The translations under genes and the position numbers were made by a program. From an uncultured Gammaproteobacteria bacterium (lineage in GTDB: Bacteria; Pseudomonadota; Gammaproteobacteria; JACCXJ01), in NCBI GenBank assembly GCA_963764725.1, contig CAVXTM010000018.1, forward strand, positions 1-64,000: a stretch of DNA of 64,000 nucleotides, in the 5' to 3' direction. Numbering within the stretch: position 1 is the stretch's first letter; each line of letters starts with the position of its first letter. Below the pieces are notes generated by a model, which did not search any database, was not told the DNA's origin, and saw only the letters and a list, made by a program, of their open reading frames with translations. Below, piece after piece: positions 41,782-51,141 of the stretch.

Positions 41782-42597
41782 ATGTATAGGATTCTCCGAG
41801 ACACGCTGCGCGTGGGCATCATTACGGAAGACCCGCCCAGTGCCGACCCCTCGCTACGTTCGCAGGCCCAACGGCTGGAGCAAGCGGCCCTCAAGCGCTT
41901 CCGGCACAGCCTCGCGATCCGCCACGTCGATGCAGGCTCATGCAATGGCTGCGAGCTTGAAGTCCACGCCCTCAACAATCCCTATTACATGCTGGAAGGA
42001 CTGGGTTTTCGATTCGTCGCCTCGCCCCGTCATGCGGACCTACTGCTTGTGACCGGCCCGGTGTCCCGGCACATGGAGACTGCGCTCAAGCGGACCTATG
42101 CGGCGATCCCGGAGCCGAAGCTTGTGGTGGCGGTCGGTGACTGCGGGCGTGATGGCGGGATCTTTGGCTGCAGCTATGCGAGCCTCGGGGGGGTGAGCGC
42201 CGTGATCCCCGTTGATGTAGTCGTGCCGGGGTGCCCGCCTTCCCCAATGGCCTTGCTCCAGGGGTTGATCACAGCCGTAGCTGTGGAGGAGGGGTCTTGG
42301 GTCCGCCGCAGCAAGCACTGCGATCGCCATCTCCGCGGGAGGAACCCCGTTATAATGCAAGCTATGGACGGGAATGCCGGGGAAAGCCGCATGAGGTCCA
42401 GGGTCTCGATCGGGGTGCCCGCCCACGGAACGATCAGCGCACGCAGCATCGGGCTCGCCGTGATATCCACGCGGCTTGGAAATCCGTGGACGACGAAATC
42501 GGCCGGCCGCGGCGGAACATCTCCAACGGTCAACTGGATTTCCGGGTGTAGGCGCGCGCGCAGCGCGGCAAGATGTTCGGGTTCGGGTCCGCACTGA
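41782..42597 (+). CDS. Ehr small subunit (HyfI/NuoB-like Fe-S protein), with about 100 aa of read-through tail
   Basis: GSCNGCELE, ASPRHAD, AVGDC, PGCPP. Homology ends near 42285; the rest is antisense to the dehydrogenase fragment. Confidence 0.88.
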   Translation: MYRILRDTLRVGIITEDPPSADPSLRSQAQRLEQAALKRFRHSLAIRHVDAGSCNGCELEVHALNNPYYMLEGLGFRFVASPRHADLLLVTGPVSRHMETALKRTYAAIPEPKLVVAVGDCGRDGGIFGCSYASLGGVSAVIPVDVVVPGCPPSPMALLQGLITAVAVEEGSWVRRSKHCDRHLRGRNPVIMQAMDGNAGESRMRSRVSIGVPAHGTISARSIGLAVISTRLGNPWTTKSAGRGGTSPTVNWISGCRRARSAARCSGSGPH

Positions 42598-42623
42598 ATA
42601 TGCACTTTCAGGGGCGTTGCCAA
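42300..42623 (-). pseudogene. N-terminal fragment of a D-2-hydroxyacid dehydrogenase
   Basis: LRALIVPWAG...ETLDLMRL, then after a frameshift FPGIPVHSLHYNGVPPAEMAIAVLAAA; truncated there. Confidence 0.72.
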
Positions 42624-42844
42624 CGTTACTAAATCAGGATCTGGAATTCGGCGAGGTTGTTGAGCATAATGTGCGCCGACCGCCGGTGTCGGCGGTTAGA
42701 GCCCTACACCGCGCGGGACGATTCGTGGGAAGTCGAAACCTGAGAGTTTGTGAACAGATCGTCGCGAGCAGCTCCGGGCGTCAGGAGCCGCGGAGCGAGC
42801 GGCGAGACATATAACACGATAGACGAGGAGGGATTTAACAAATT

Positions 42845-44197
42845 ATGGCTGTTGCGATTGTATTGGTGTTGCTTGTCGTTGGCTCCCTCCTGTTTCACTT
42901 CCTGAGTCCGTGGTATTTCACCCCGATCGCCTCCAACTGGAGCATGATCGATGACACCGTTACGATCACGTTCTGGGTCACGGGGTTTGTCTTCGTCGTG
43001 GTCAATTGTTTTATGGCCTATGCCGTGGTCCGCTACCGTTACCAGAAGGGAAGGCGGGCGACATATGAACCCGAGAACAAGAAGCTGGAGTGGTGGCTTA
43101 CCGGATTGACCACCTTAGGCGTCGTCGCCATGTTGGCACCCGGCTTGTTCGTGTGGGCGAGATTCGTCGAGGTGCCTAGAGAAGCGTCGGTGATTGAGGC
43201 GATTGGCCAGCAGTGGAACTGGAGCTTTCGCTTTCCCGGGAAGGATGGCGTGTTGGGCACAGTCGATTCCAAATACGTTAGCATCGAAAACCCGTTTGGT
43301 ATAAATACAGACGACCCCAGTGGGCAGGACGATGTGCTGATAGCCAGCAACGAGGCACACCTCCCTATTGGCAAGCCGGTCAAGGTGTTGCTCCGCTCCA
43401 ACGACGTTCTGCATAACTTTTCAGTGCCACAGTTCCGGGTCAAAATGGATCTGGTGCCGGGCATGGTCCCCTATATCTGGTTCACCCCCACCCGGACCGG
43501 GAAATTTGAGATCCTCTGTGAAGAATTATGCGGCATTGGACATTTCGCCATGCGCGGCAGCGTCGTGGTAGAGGACCAGGCCGCGTTTCATACCTGGTTA
43601 AGCAGCCACCCGACGTTCGCGCAATCCTCCTCTCGAGAAGCCGGCGATGCGGTCGCGGGCATGCCACTCTATGCTATGTGTGCGGCCTGTCATGGCCCGC
43701 AAGGAGAGGGTAATCTTGCGCTGAATGCGCCAAAATTGAGCGGACTGGAAGACTGGTACCTGAAACGGCAATTGAAATATTTCAAGCAAGGTACGCGGGG
43801 TACACACGCCGAGGATGTGTTCGGTAAACTGATGGCGCCGATGACGGCGACGCTGGTCGATGACGTCGCTATACAGAATGTCGTCGCCTATATCAAGACG
43901 CTGCCCGATAATCCCGCCCCCACCACGGTAACCGGGGATGCAGCAAGAGGCAAAAAGGTTTATGCGACCTGTGGCGCCTGTCACGGTCCTAATGGGCAGG
44001 GCAGATGGTCCACAAATGCCCCCCGGACGGCGGGTATGAGCGACTGGTATATGGTTACTCAATTGAAAAATTTCAAACAAGGTATACGCGGCGCCCACCC
44101 ACGAGACATGTTCGGTCCGCAGATGGGCCTCATGGCCGACATTCTGACTGACGACCAGGCAATCAATGACGTCGTTGCTTACATCAATACCTTGTGA
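42845..44197 (+). CDS. coxM: Cytochrome c oxidase subunit II with two fused c-type cytochrome domains (CoxM-type)
   Basis: TPIASNW, CuA ligands DVLH...CEELCGIGHFAM, CAACH and CGACH. Confidence 0.9.
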   Translation: MAVAIVLVLLVVGSLLFHFLSPWYFTPIASNWSMIDDTVTITFWVTGFVFVVVNCFMAYAVVRYRYQKGRRATYEPENKKLEWWLTGLTTLGVVAMLAPGLFVWARFVEVPREASVIEAIGQQWNWSFRFPGKDGVLGTVDSKYVSIENPFGINTDDPSGQDDVLIASNEAHLPIGKPVKVLLRSNDVLHNFSVPQFRVKMDLVPGMVPYIWFTPTRTGKFEILCEELCGIGHFAMRGSVVVEDQAAFHTWLSSHPTFAQSSSREAGDAVAGMPLYAMCAACHGPQGEGNLALNAPKLSGLEDWYLKRQLKYFKQGTRGTHAEDVFGKLMAPMTATLVDDVAIQNVVAYIKTLPDNPAPTTVTGDAARGKKVYATCGACHGPNGQGRWSTNAPRTAGMSDWYMVTQLKNFKQGIRGAHPRDMFGPQMGLMADILTDDQAINDVVAYINTL

Positions 44198-44280
44198 TGG
44201 CCGGCCCGCAGGAAGGTCTCTTCTGAGTAAGCGGTTTAGACTGCGTTGACTAATGAATAATTAGCGAAGAGGAAATATTA

Positions 44281-46056
44281 ATGGCTTACGTCGCACATGA
44301 CGAATCGGCTCACGTCCCACCTGCCGAAGTTGAAGAGGTAGAACTCTACCATCCGAAAACGTTCATTGGGAAGTACGTCTGGAGCCAAGACGCCAAAGTC
44401 ATTGCCATCCAGTACGCGATCACCGCGATCGCGGTGGGGTTGGTGGCGTTGGTGTTGTCGGGGATCATGCGGTTGCAACTGGGGTACCCAAACACCTTTT
44501 CCTTTATCGACCCAAGCAATTACCTGCAGTTTGTCACCATGCACGGCATGATCATGGTCATCTACCTGCTCACCGCGCTGTTCTTAGGGGGTTTTGGCAA
44601 CTACCTCATCCCGCTCATGGTCGGCGCCCGCGACATGGTTTTCCCCTATGTCAACATGGTGAGTTACTGGGTCTATCTGTTCGCCGTGCTGTTACTGATG
44701 GCGAGCTTCTTCGTGCCCGGCGGGCCCACGGGTTCCGGGTGGACCCTGTACCCGCCCCAGGCCATCCTCGAGGGCACTCCGGGGGCGAGTTGGGGCATTA
44801 TTTTGATGCTCGTTTCCCTGGCTTTCTTTATCGTTGGTTTCACCATGGGTGGTTTGAACTATGTGGTGACAGTGTTGCAGGCGCGCACTCGGGGGATGAC
44901 GATGATGCGCCTGCCCTTGACGGTATGGGGCATTTTCATGGCCACTATCCTGGCCCTGTTGGCCTTTCCCGCCTTATTCGTCAGCGCCATCATGATGACC
45001 TTGGACAGCTTGCTGGGTACCAGTTTCTTCATGCCCGCCATCGTTTCGATGGGACAACAGCTTGATTACGGGGGCGGCAGCCCGATTTTGTTTCAACACC
45101 TGTTCTGGTTCTTCGGCCATCCCGAGGTCTACATCGTCGCCCTGCCCGCCTTCGGCATCGTCTCCGATCTCATCAGTGTGCATGCGAGAAAAAACATTTT
45201 CGGCTATCGGATGATGGTGTGGGCGATCCTGGCCATCGGCGCCCTGAGCCTCGTGGTGTGGGCGCACCACATGTACGTCAGCGGTATGAACCCGTACTTC
45301 GGCTTCTTCTTCGCCGTCACTACGCTGGTCATCGCCATCCCCACCGCCATCAAAGTCTACAACTGGGTGCTGACCTTGTGGCGGGGTAACATCCATCTCA
45401 CCGTCCCCATGCTGTTTGCCATCGGCTTCGTCTTCACATTTATCAACGGCGGGTTAACGGGCCTGTTCCTGGGTAACGTGACCGTGGATCTCCCGCTTTC
45501 CGACACCATGTTCGTGGTCGCCCACTTCCATATGGTGATGGCCGTGGCGCCCATCATGGTCGTGTTCGGGGCGATCTACCACTGGTACCCCAAGATCACC
45601 GGGCGCATGCTGAACGATACTATGGGCAAGTTCCACTTCTGGGCCACCTTCCTCGGAAGTTACGCGATTTACTACCCTATGCACTACCTGGGCATTTTGG
45701 GCGTGCCGCGCCGGTATTACGCCATGGGAAACACTGATTTTGTTCCCGAATCGGCGCACTCCTTGAACGTCGCTATCACCATCGCAGCATTGATCGTGGG
45801 TGCCATTCAACTGGTGTTTTTGTACAACCTGGTCTGGAGCTATTTCAAAGGCAAGCCATCGGGTGGCAACCCTTGGGGCGCCACCACGCTGGAGTGGCAA
45901 ACCCCCGATACCCCGCCGAAACACGGCAACTTTGGCCCGACGCTACCGGTGGTCTATCGCTGGGCTTACGACTATAGCGTGCCGGGCGCCGATGAGGACT
46001 TCATACCGCAAAACCAGCCGCCGGGTCTGAAAACCAGGGGCCTCGAGGAGACGTAG
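44281..46056 (+). CDS. coxN: Cytochrome c oxidase subunit I (A1-type, CoxN-type)
   Basis: TMHG, WFFGHPEVY, WAHH, VVAHFH. Confidence 0.95.
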   Translation: MAYVAHDESAHVPPAEVEEVELYHPKTFIGKYVWSQDAKVIAIQYAITAIAVGLVALVLSGIMRLQLGYPNTFSFIDPSNYLQFVTMHGMIMVIYLLTALFLGGFGNYLIPLMVGARDMVFPYVNMVSYWVYLFAVLLLMASFFVPGGPTGSGWTLYPPQAILEGTPGASWGIILMLVSLAFFIVGFTMGGLNYVVTVLQARTRGMTMMRLPLTVWGIFMATILALLAFPALFVSAIMMTLDSLLGTSFFMPAIVSMGQQLDYGGGSPILFQHLFWFFGHPEVYIVALPAFGIVSDLISVHARKNIFGYRMMVWAILAIGALSLVVWAHHMYVSGMNPYFGFFFAVTTLVIAIPTAIKVYNWVLTLWRGNIHLTVPMLFAIGFVFTFINGGLTGLFLGNVTVDLPLSDTMFVVAHFHMVMAVAPIMVVFGAIYHWYPKITGRMLNDTMGKFHFWATFLGSYAIYYPMHYLGILGVPRRYYAMGNTDFVPESAHSLNVAITIAALIVGAIQLVFLYNLVWSYFKGKPSGGNPWGATTLEWQTPDTPPKHGNFGPTLPVVYRWAYDYSVPGADEDFIPQNQPPGLKTRGLEET

Positions 46057-46058
46057 TC

Positions 46059-46727
46059 GTGGCGATCTCATTGGTAGTTGTGGCCGTAATCATGGCCGCT
46101 GTTGCAGTGTGGCTATTGCGGCTGACGCTAAACACCAAGCCCTGGATCGAGCAGCAGCACCCGATCAAAAACGTTCGCGGCGAAAGTGCGTTATCCCTGC
46201 CCCCGGTGAAAGTGGGTCTTGGCGTGTTTCTTGCCGTCGCCACGTCTCTGTTTGCGCTCTTTATCAGCGCCTACTTCATGCGCAGGATGGGGTCGGACTG
46301 GACTACCTTGGCCGATCCGACGGTGCTGTGGTGGAACACGGCACTGCTGATCTTGGGAAGTATCTACTTTCAACGGGCACGAACGGCGGCACAACGGGGG
46401 CAGATAGACGGCGTGAAAGTCGGCCTGCTTGCCGGAGGGGCTTTTACCTTTGCCTTTCTAGCAGGACAGCTTTGGGCGTGGCAACAACTGAACGCCTCGG
46501 GTTTTTATTTAGCGGCGAACCCCGCAAGCGATTTCTTTTACCTGCTCACCGCGCTGCACGGCTTGCACCTGTTGGGCGGTCTGTGGGTCTGGGGCAGAAC
46601 CACCGCCAGGGTGTGGCGCGGCTTTGACGTGGCGGACGTGCGCTTGAGCGTGGAGCTGTGCACCGTTTACTGGCACTTTCTGCTCGTGGTTTGGCTGATT
46701 TTGTTCGGTCTGCTGTTGTCTACGTAA
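46059..46727 (+). CDS. coxO: Cytochrome c oxidase subunit III-like (CoxO-type)
   Basis: FLAVATSLFALFISAY, FFYLLTALHGLHLLGG, YWHFL. Confidence 0.88.
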   Translation: MAISLVVVAVIMAAVAVWLLRLTLNTKPWIEQQHPIKNVRGESALSLPPVKVGLGVFLAVATSLFALFISAYFMRRMGSDWTTLADPTVLWWNTALLILGSIYFQRARTAAQRGQIDGVKVGLLAGGAFTFAFLAGQLWAWQQLNASGFYLAANPASDFFYLLTALHGLHLLGGLWVWGRTTARVWRGFDVADVRLSVELCTVYWHFLLVVWLILFGLLLST

Positions 46728-46742
46728 CGGGAATCAAAGTAT

Positions 46743-47470
46743 ATGACGCAATCTGTGCTGACAAGTACGGGACATCATCCCCTCCTCTGCCTGAAGGTTT
46801 GCAAGGCATCATCGCCGACTGGTCCTCGGACCAGCGGGCCTTTAAGAAGGTCCCCTGGGGCAAGGCTATGATGTGGATCTTCCTCCTCAGCGATACCTTT
46901 ATCTTCACCTGTTTTTTAACCAGTTATATGACCGTGCGCATGTCCACCACGGTCCCTTGGCCCAACCCCAGTGAGGTCTTCGCGTTGACGATCGGGGGAC
47001 ATCACATCCCTCTCATCCTGATCGCCATCATGACCTTCATCTTGATCAGCAGTAGCGGGACGATGGCCATGGCCGTCAAGTTCGGTTATGAAAAAAATAA
47101 AAAGATGTGCTCTATCTTGTTGGTGGTGACCGCGTTATTCGGCGCCACCTTCGTCGGCATGCAGGCCTTTGAGTGGACCAAGCTGATCGTGGAGGAGGGG
47201 GTACGCCCCTGGGGCAATCCCATGGGCGCGCCCCAGTTTGGCGCGAGCTTTTTCATGATCACGGGCTTCCATGGCTTTCACGTGTCGGTCGGCGTGATAT
47301 TCCTGATCATCACGGCGATAAAGGTTATACGGGGCGATTTGGATCGCCAGAGGCCAGGTTTTATGACCGGCAGGAAGGGGAACTACGAGATCGTCGAAAT
47401 CATGGGTCTGTATTGGCACTTCGTCGATCTGGTGTGGGTATTCATCTTTGCGTTCTTTTATCTTTGGTAG
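46743..47470 (+). CDS. coxP: Cytochrome c oxidase subunit III-like (CoxP-type); 1-nt frameshift near 46770
   Basis: WGKAMMWIFLLSDTFIF, ITGFHGFHV, GLYWHFVDLVW. ATG 46743 joins the frame if one G is added to the GGG at 46769-46771. Confidence 0.87.
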
Positions 47471-47478
47471 GAGATAAC

Positions 47479-47907
47479 ATGGCTCACGTAGAAGGGCAAC
47501 AACATCCGATTGGCGTTTATTTATGGATCTGGGGATTGCTGTTTGTTCTCAGCACGTTTTCTTATCTCGTCGACTACTTCCACTTTCAGGGTTACCTCAG
47601 GTGGTCACTGATCCTGCTGTTCATGTTGCTGAAGGCGGGCCTGATAGTCGCCGTCTTCATGCACATGCGCTGGGAGCGGCTAGCCCTGATGTATGCCATT
47701 TTGGTGCCGCCTCTTTGTTTGCTTGTGTTGATAAGTCTCATGGCGGTCGAAGGGGACTACACGTTTTCGACCCGACACTCGTTCTTCGGGCAGGGATCCG
47801 AGGTCCCCGTCGAGCATGCGTCGCGCGCACACGGCGCCCCGGCGGGTGAAGCATACGTTCTCCCCGCGCAGATCGGGTCAGCGTCCGAAGTATCCCCACA
47901 AAAATAG
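47479..47907 (+). CDS. coxQ: Cytochrome c oxidase subunit IV family (CoxQ-type)
   Basis: QQHPIGVYLWIWGLLFVLS, LKAGLIVAVFMHMRWER; AGGAG RBS. Confidence 0.85.
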   Translation: MAHVEGQQHPIGVYLWIWGLLFVLSTFSYLVDYFHFQGYLRWSLILLFMLLKAGLIVAVFMHMRWERLALMYAILVPPLCLLVLISLMAVEGDYTFSTRHSFFGQGSEVPVEHASRAHGAPAGEAYVLPAQIGSASEVSPQK

Positions 47908-47957
47908 CTGAGATATCAGGCGCGGCCGATTTTCAATGTCCTCAAGACAGCCGCGTT

Positions 47958-48530
47958 TCACATTGTTTCCTCCGGATCTTGGGTCATCGCAGTGTCTAGC
48001 CGGGGATCCGAAACGTCGTCCGGCACCGCAGGGTAGGCCTCAGCGAAGGGAGGCGTGGGTACACGACCTTGCTGCACCGGATAAACGTTCGATGGCTGCT
48101 CGGCCGTGGCGGTTGAAGCCTTGGGTGTGAGGGCGTGCGGCGTAGACAACACCGTCACCGCCGGCAGATGACTCCCCTCGAGTGGATAGATCGCATAGGA
48201 GAAGCCATCGAGGATCTTCTTGACTCCTTCGGTGAAGGGCAGCGCGGCCACCTCGGCGAATACCGGCTGAGCCTCGGTTACAGGATCGATGAGAGTAAAT
48301 CGTGCGCCGGTTGCGGCGCCAAGTTGACGCAGTACCTGTCCGAGCGGGGCACCATGGGCGCGAGCATCGAGCAGGCCCTTGACGTAGCGAATGGCGAGCG
48401 GCTCGACAGTCTCGGGCTTATCCTTGGAAACGCGTTTCATCGGGTACGCCTTGGCGTGCGCGGCAGGTGGCGATAGCCCCACGAACAGGGCCAGAACTAA
48501 GAAGAGATACCTGTCAGTTTTCATTTGCAT
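47958..48530 (-). CDS. Secreted hypothetical protein (STN/N0-like segment plus Pro-rich tail)
   Basis: Signal peptide ending AHA; GLLDARAHGAPLGQVLRQLGAATG resembles secretin/TonB N-terminal domains. Confidence 0.65.
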   Translation of the reverse strand: MQMKTDRYLFLVLALFVGLSPPAAHAKAYPMKRVSKDKPETVEPLAIRYVKGLLDARAHGAPLGQVLRQLGAATGARFTLIDPVTEAQPVFAEVAALPFTEGVKKILDGFSYAIYPLEGSHLPAVTVLSTPHALTPKASTATAEQPSNVYPVQQGRVPTPPFAEAYPAVPDDVSDPRLDTAMTQDPEETM

Positions 48531-48681
48531 TCCTCTGGACAGAATCCTCTGGTTGAAAAAAGAGGCAACAACGCACCCTCCGCCTTTTCTTTACGATCGG
48601 AACGACAAGTGTAAGTGCCAAAGCACTCGATCCGCACCGTAGGGTTTGAAGCCCTCTGCCTGGAAGGCGTCCTGACGGCTT

Positions 48682-48718
48682 CACTTATTACTCACGTACA
48701 GGGTCGCGGAGATTTGCC
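48682..48718 (-). promoter_or_regulatory. Conserved spaced motif, copy 1 (ECF-type promoter candidate)
   Basis: Minus strand GGCAAA-TCTCCGCGACCC-TGTACGTGAGTAATAAGTG; upstream of the 48530 gene. Confidence 0.6.
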
Positions 48719-48908
48719 GAAGGGACTAAAAAAATCAGCTCTTAAGTGGCGGCTTGTCTTCGGCCTGCAAAGCCAGCGCTTTTTTCTCGACGAACAGGGC
48801 CGGACGACTTTATCGGCGGATCCGCCAACTGCTTGGTTAGTGCAGAAGCTTGCAAGGAGGCAAGAAATTGGCGTATGACACAGGTCGCCGGCGACTGACA
48901 GAAGGGTT

Positions 48909-48954
48909 GTAGGGTGCGCTGAGCGCGCCATTTGGTGCGTGCAACGCACCCTAC
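48909..48954. repeat. GTAG-type REP doublet (REPIN)
   Basis: GTAGGGTGCGCTGAGCGCGCC-ATTT-GGTGCGTGCAACGCACCCTAC, inverted REP pair; decayed copy at about 56539-56580. Confidence 0.8.
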
Positions 48955-49750
48955 GGTTACCACTTGATTGATCCTCCGGTACTGTGGACAGCCCCAGTTA
49001 GGTCTGATCGTGGCGGTGGCCTGGTTACCCGCGGTCACGGTCTTGCAGTCCACGACCCCGTACACGATCGAGCCGTCGGCGTTGGTGGAAAGCCTCTCGA
49101 TGCGGTGTGATCCGGGCGTAACGTTCGCGAAGACCGTGGTGTAGCCGCACTTCTTGTAACCGTTGCCCAAAGGCGTTTCCATACGCATCACCCTCCTCGA
49201 CTCGCCGGTCGTGGCCAGCCTGAATGTCTCGTCGAAACAGGTCGCGTGGCTGAACGTATCGTAGGAAGCAGTCGCCTTGATGGATCCGTAGATCGCCGGT
49301 GGCTTATCCGGACCGGCTCCTCCGGGTATCTCCAAGTTTGGCGGAATCGGTCGACCCACGTCGCCGTAGGTGAAGTTGAAGCTGTACCAGCCACCATAGA
49401 TCCACGGCGACTCCTCTTCAAAAGCCCAGGTCCAGACCGACCGGCCGTTTTCGATGCGAGTCACATAGTGACTGTCCACCGGTTTCTCTCGTGGTCGTTG
49501 TATTCCTTACCATTGGACAACTTGTACGTAAAGTCCTGGGTCCAGCCCTTGAGGGTGCGGAAGTTCCATTCGGGATCTCGGATGTCGAGTTCCATCTGGA
49601 TGAGGGAATCGGTCCCCGAGTCAGCCCTGGGACAGGTGTGCACCTGAACCATGTACCCGGTTTGTTCAGTCACGGGGAGCGATTGCATTGTCCGGGCGTT
49701 GACGCCTCCGCAGGTCGCAACGGCCATCAATCCGCACAGCCAGGCAAGTG
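48955..49750 (-). pseudogene. Secreted hypothetical protein, 5'-truncated, frameshift near 49485
   Basis: Signal remnant LAWLCGLMAVATCGGVNA with no start codon; two consecutive ORFs with several Cys; the 3' end runs into the REP. Confidence 0.55.
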
Positions 49751-49764
49751 AGTTTCGAGCCTGA

Positions 49765-50110
49765 GGGCATCGACATCGAACACGTTGCCGAGGAGCTTGA
49801 AAGCATGGGCAAGACCCAACAACGCGTGCTGCTTAGCCGTTTAACCGTGCTGCTTGCCCACCTCATGAAATGGCAACGGCAACCTGAACTGCGTTCCAGA
49901 AGTTGGAAGAACACCATAACGATCCAACGGATCGACCTTCAGGAACTACTGCAAGACAACCCCAGCCTTCAACCTCAGACGGGAGAGGCGTTAAACCGGG
50001 CTTACCGAAAAGCCAAGCTATTAGCCGCCGGGGATACCAATATGGATGAAACCAGCTTTCCAGAGACTTGCCCGTATTCCTTCGAGCAGGCGATGGAGGA
50101 GGCGTTGGCC
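49765..50110 (+). pseudogene. DUF29 family protein, 5'-truncated
   Basis: IDIEHVAEELESMGK...LLAHLMKWQRQP..RSRSW..TI..QR...DNPSL...FPETCPYSFEQ; the usual N-terminal YE.DF..W segment is missing. Confidence 0.8.
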
Positions 50111-50508
50111 GGAATGAAATGTCCCCCTAGGGGAGGTTTGAACCCCCCCTTGGTGTTCATCGCGACCTCCTGTGAGTGCTCACAAAAATACACTGACGAT
50201 TCAAGCAAACAGACATAAGCTAACCAAATTTGAGGCCTCTTAATAGTGTTGCGCTTTAAGGTTTCCTTTGAGGAACAGGACCGCGGCCTCGACTTCAGGC
50301 CCATTTGAGATAGGCTTGGCCTTTCCTCTTGCCTGAGTAGCCGTAGGTTGGCGCGGATTCCTTGCTGCATTTGACCAAACGCACGTAGGATCCTGGTTAG
50401 TGGTCGATAAAATCACCCTTAGAATATGCCACCGCCTGTCGCCTCTAGTACGGCTCACAAAGTCTTGGGCTCTTTGTACGGCGTCATATCGCAGCCCAGC
50501 TACGCGAT

Positions 50509-51141
50509 TTAGTTACGTGTATTCACCACATTGTAGGAAACAAGTTCCTGCCTCGTTAGATAGGTAGCGCCTAAATGACTCGTCTCAAAGTTTGGAAATA
50601 ACAAGCGCAGGGATACGGACATCTCGATCAAATAGTCCGCTAGTTTTTTGGCAGTAAGCGCAGATTCTTGCTCTACAAATAAGATTAATTTTGCCGCCCC
50701 TTGAGGTCCCTCTGCTTTAATCAGTTCCATAACCGCTTCAACATACCCTACACTCCGCACAGTACTAAACATATGCACACCGAACCTTCCGCCTGGGTCG
50801 ATATAACGGATGACACCGCCTAAAAAGGCGAACGTACAAATACTCCCGCAGGTGGCGGCTTTCCGAATTCGGGTGGCTAGTCCAAGAGAGCGGATTTTTC
50901 GTCCTATTTCGAGTCCTTCGTCAACAACGCCGCCCGGGGAATCGAACCAAACCTCATCGACGCTACCCGCCCTACGCACGGCGTCTGCAAAATTGATACT
51001 ATCGCCCGGATCAAATCCCCCCTTTAAAAGCACCACTTTGTTGCTGCCCAACTGGCCGATTTTGATCTCCAGGGCATCGGCGTGCTGACTTATACAAAAA
51101 ATAGGTAGCAGTAAAAAAGCCCAAAGAACGCCTTTTTTCAT
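50509..51141 (-). CDS. Exported ClpP/crotonase-fold protein (COG3904-like)
   Basis: Signal peptide, FDSPGGVV.EG..IGR.IR, CGSICTFAFLGG..R, FGVH; low GC; ATGA-type overlap with the upstream gene. Confidence 0.8.
   Translation of the reverse strand: MKKGVLWAFLLLPIFCISQHADALEIKIGQLGSNKVVLLKGGFDPGDSINFADAVRRAGSVDEVWFDSPGGVVDEGLEIGRKIRSLGLATRIRKAATCGSICTFAFLGGVIRYIDPGGRFGVHMFSTVRSVGYVEAVMELIKAEGPQGAAKLILFVEQESALTAKKLADYLIEMSVSLRLLFPNFETSHLGATYLTRQELVSYNVVNTRN

Noticed and set aside
35075-42290. Calling the operon a NiFe hydrogenase-4 / formate hydrogenlyase
   Set aside because: NiFe cysteine ligands and maturation genes are absent.
48600-48625. Sigma-54 promoter (TGGCAC on the minus strand)
   Set aside because: No GC at the -12 position with the required spacing.
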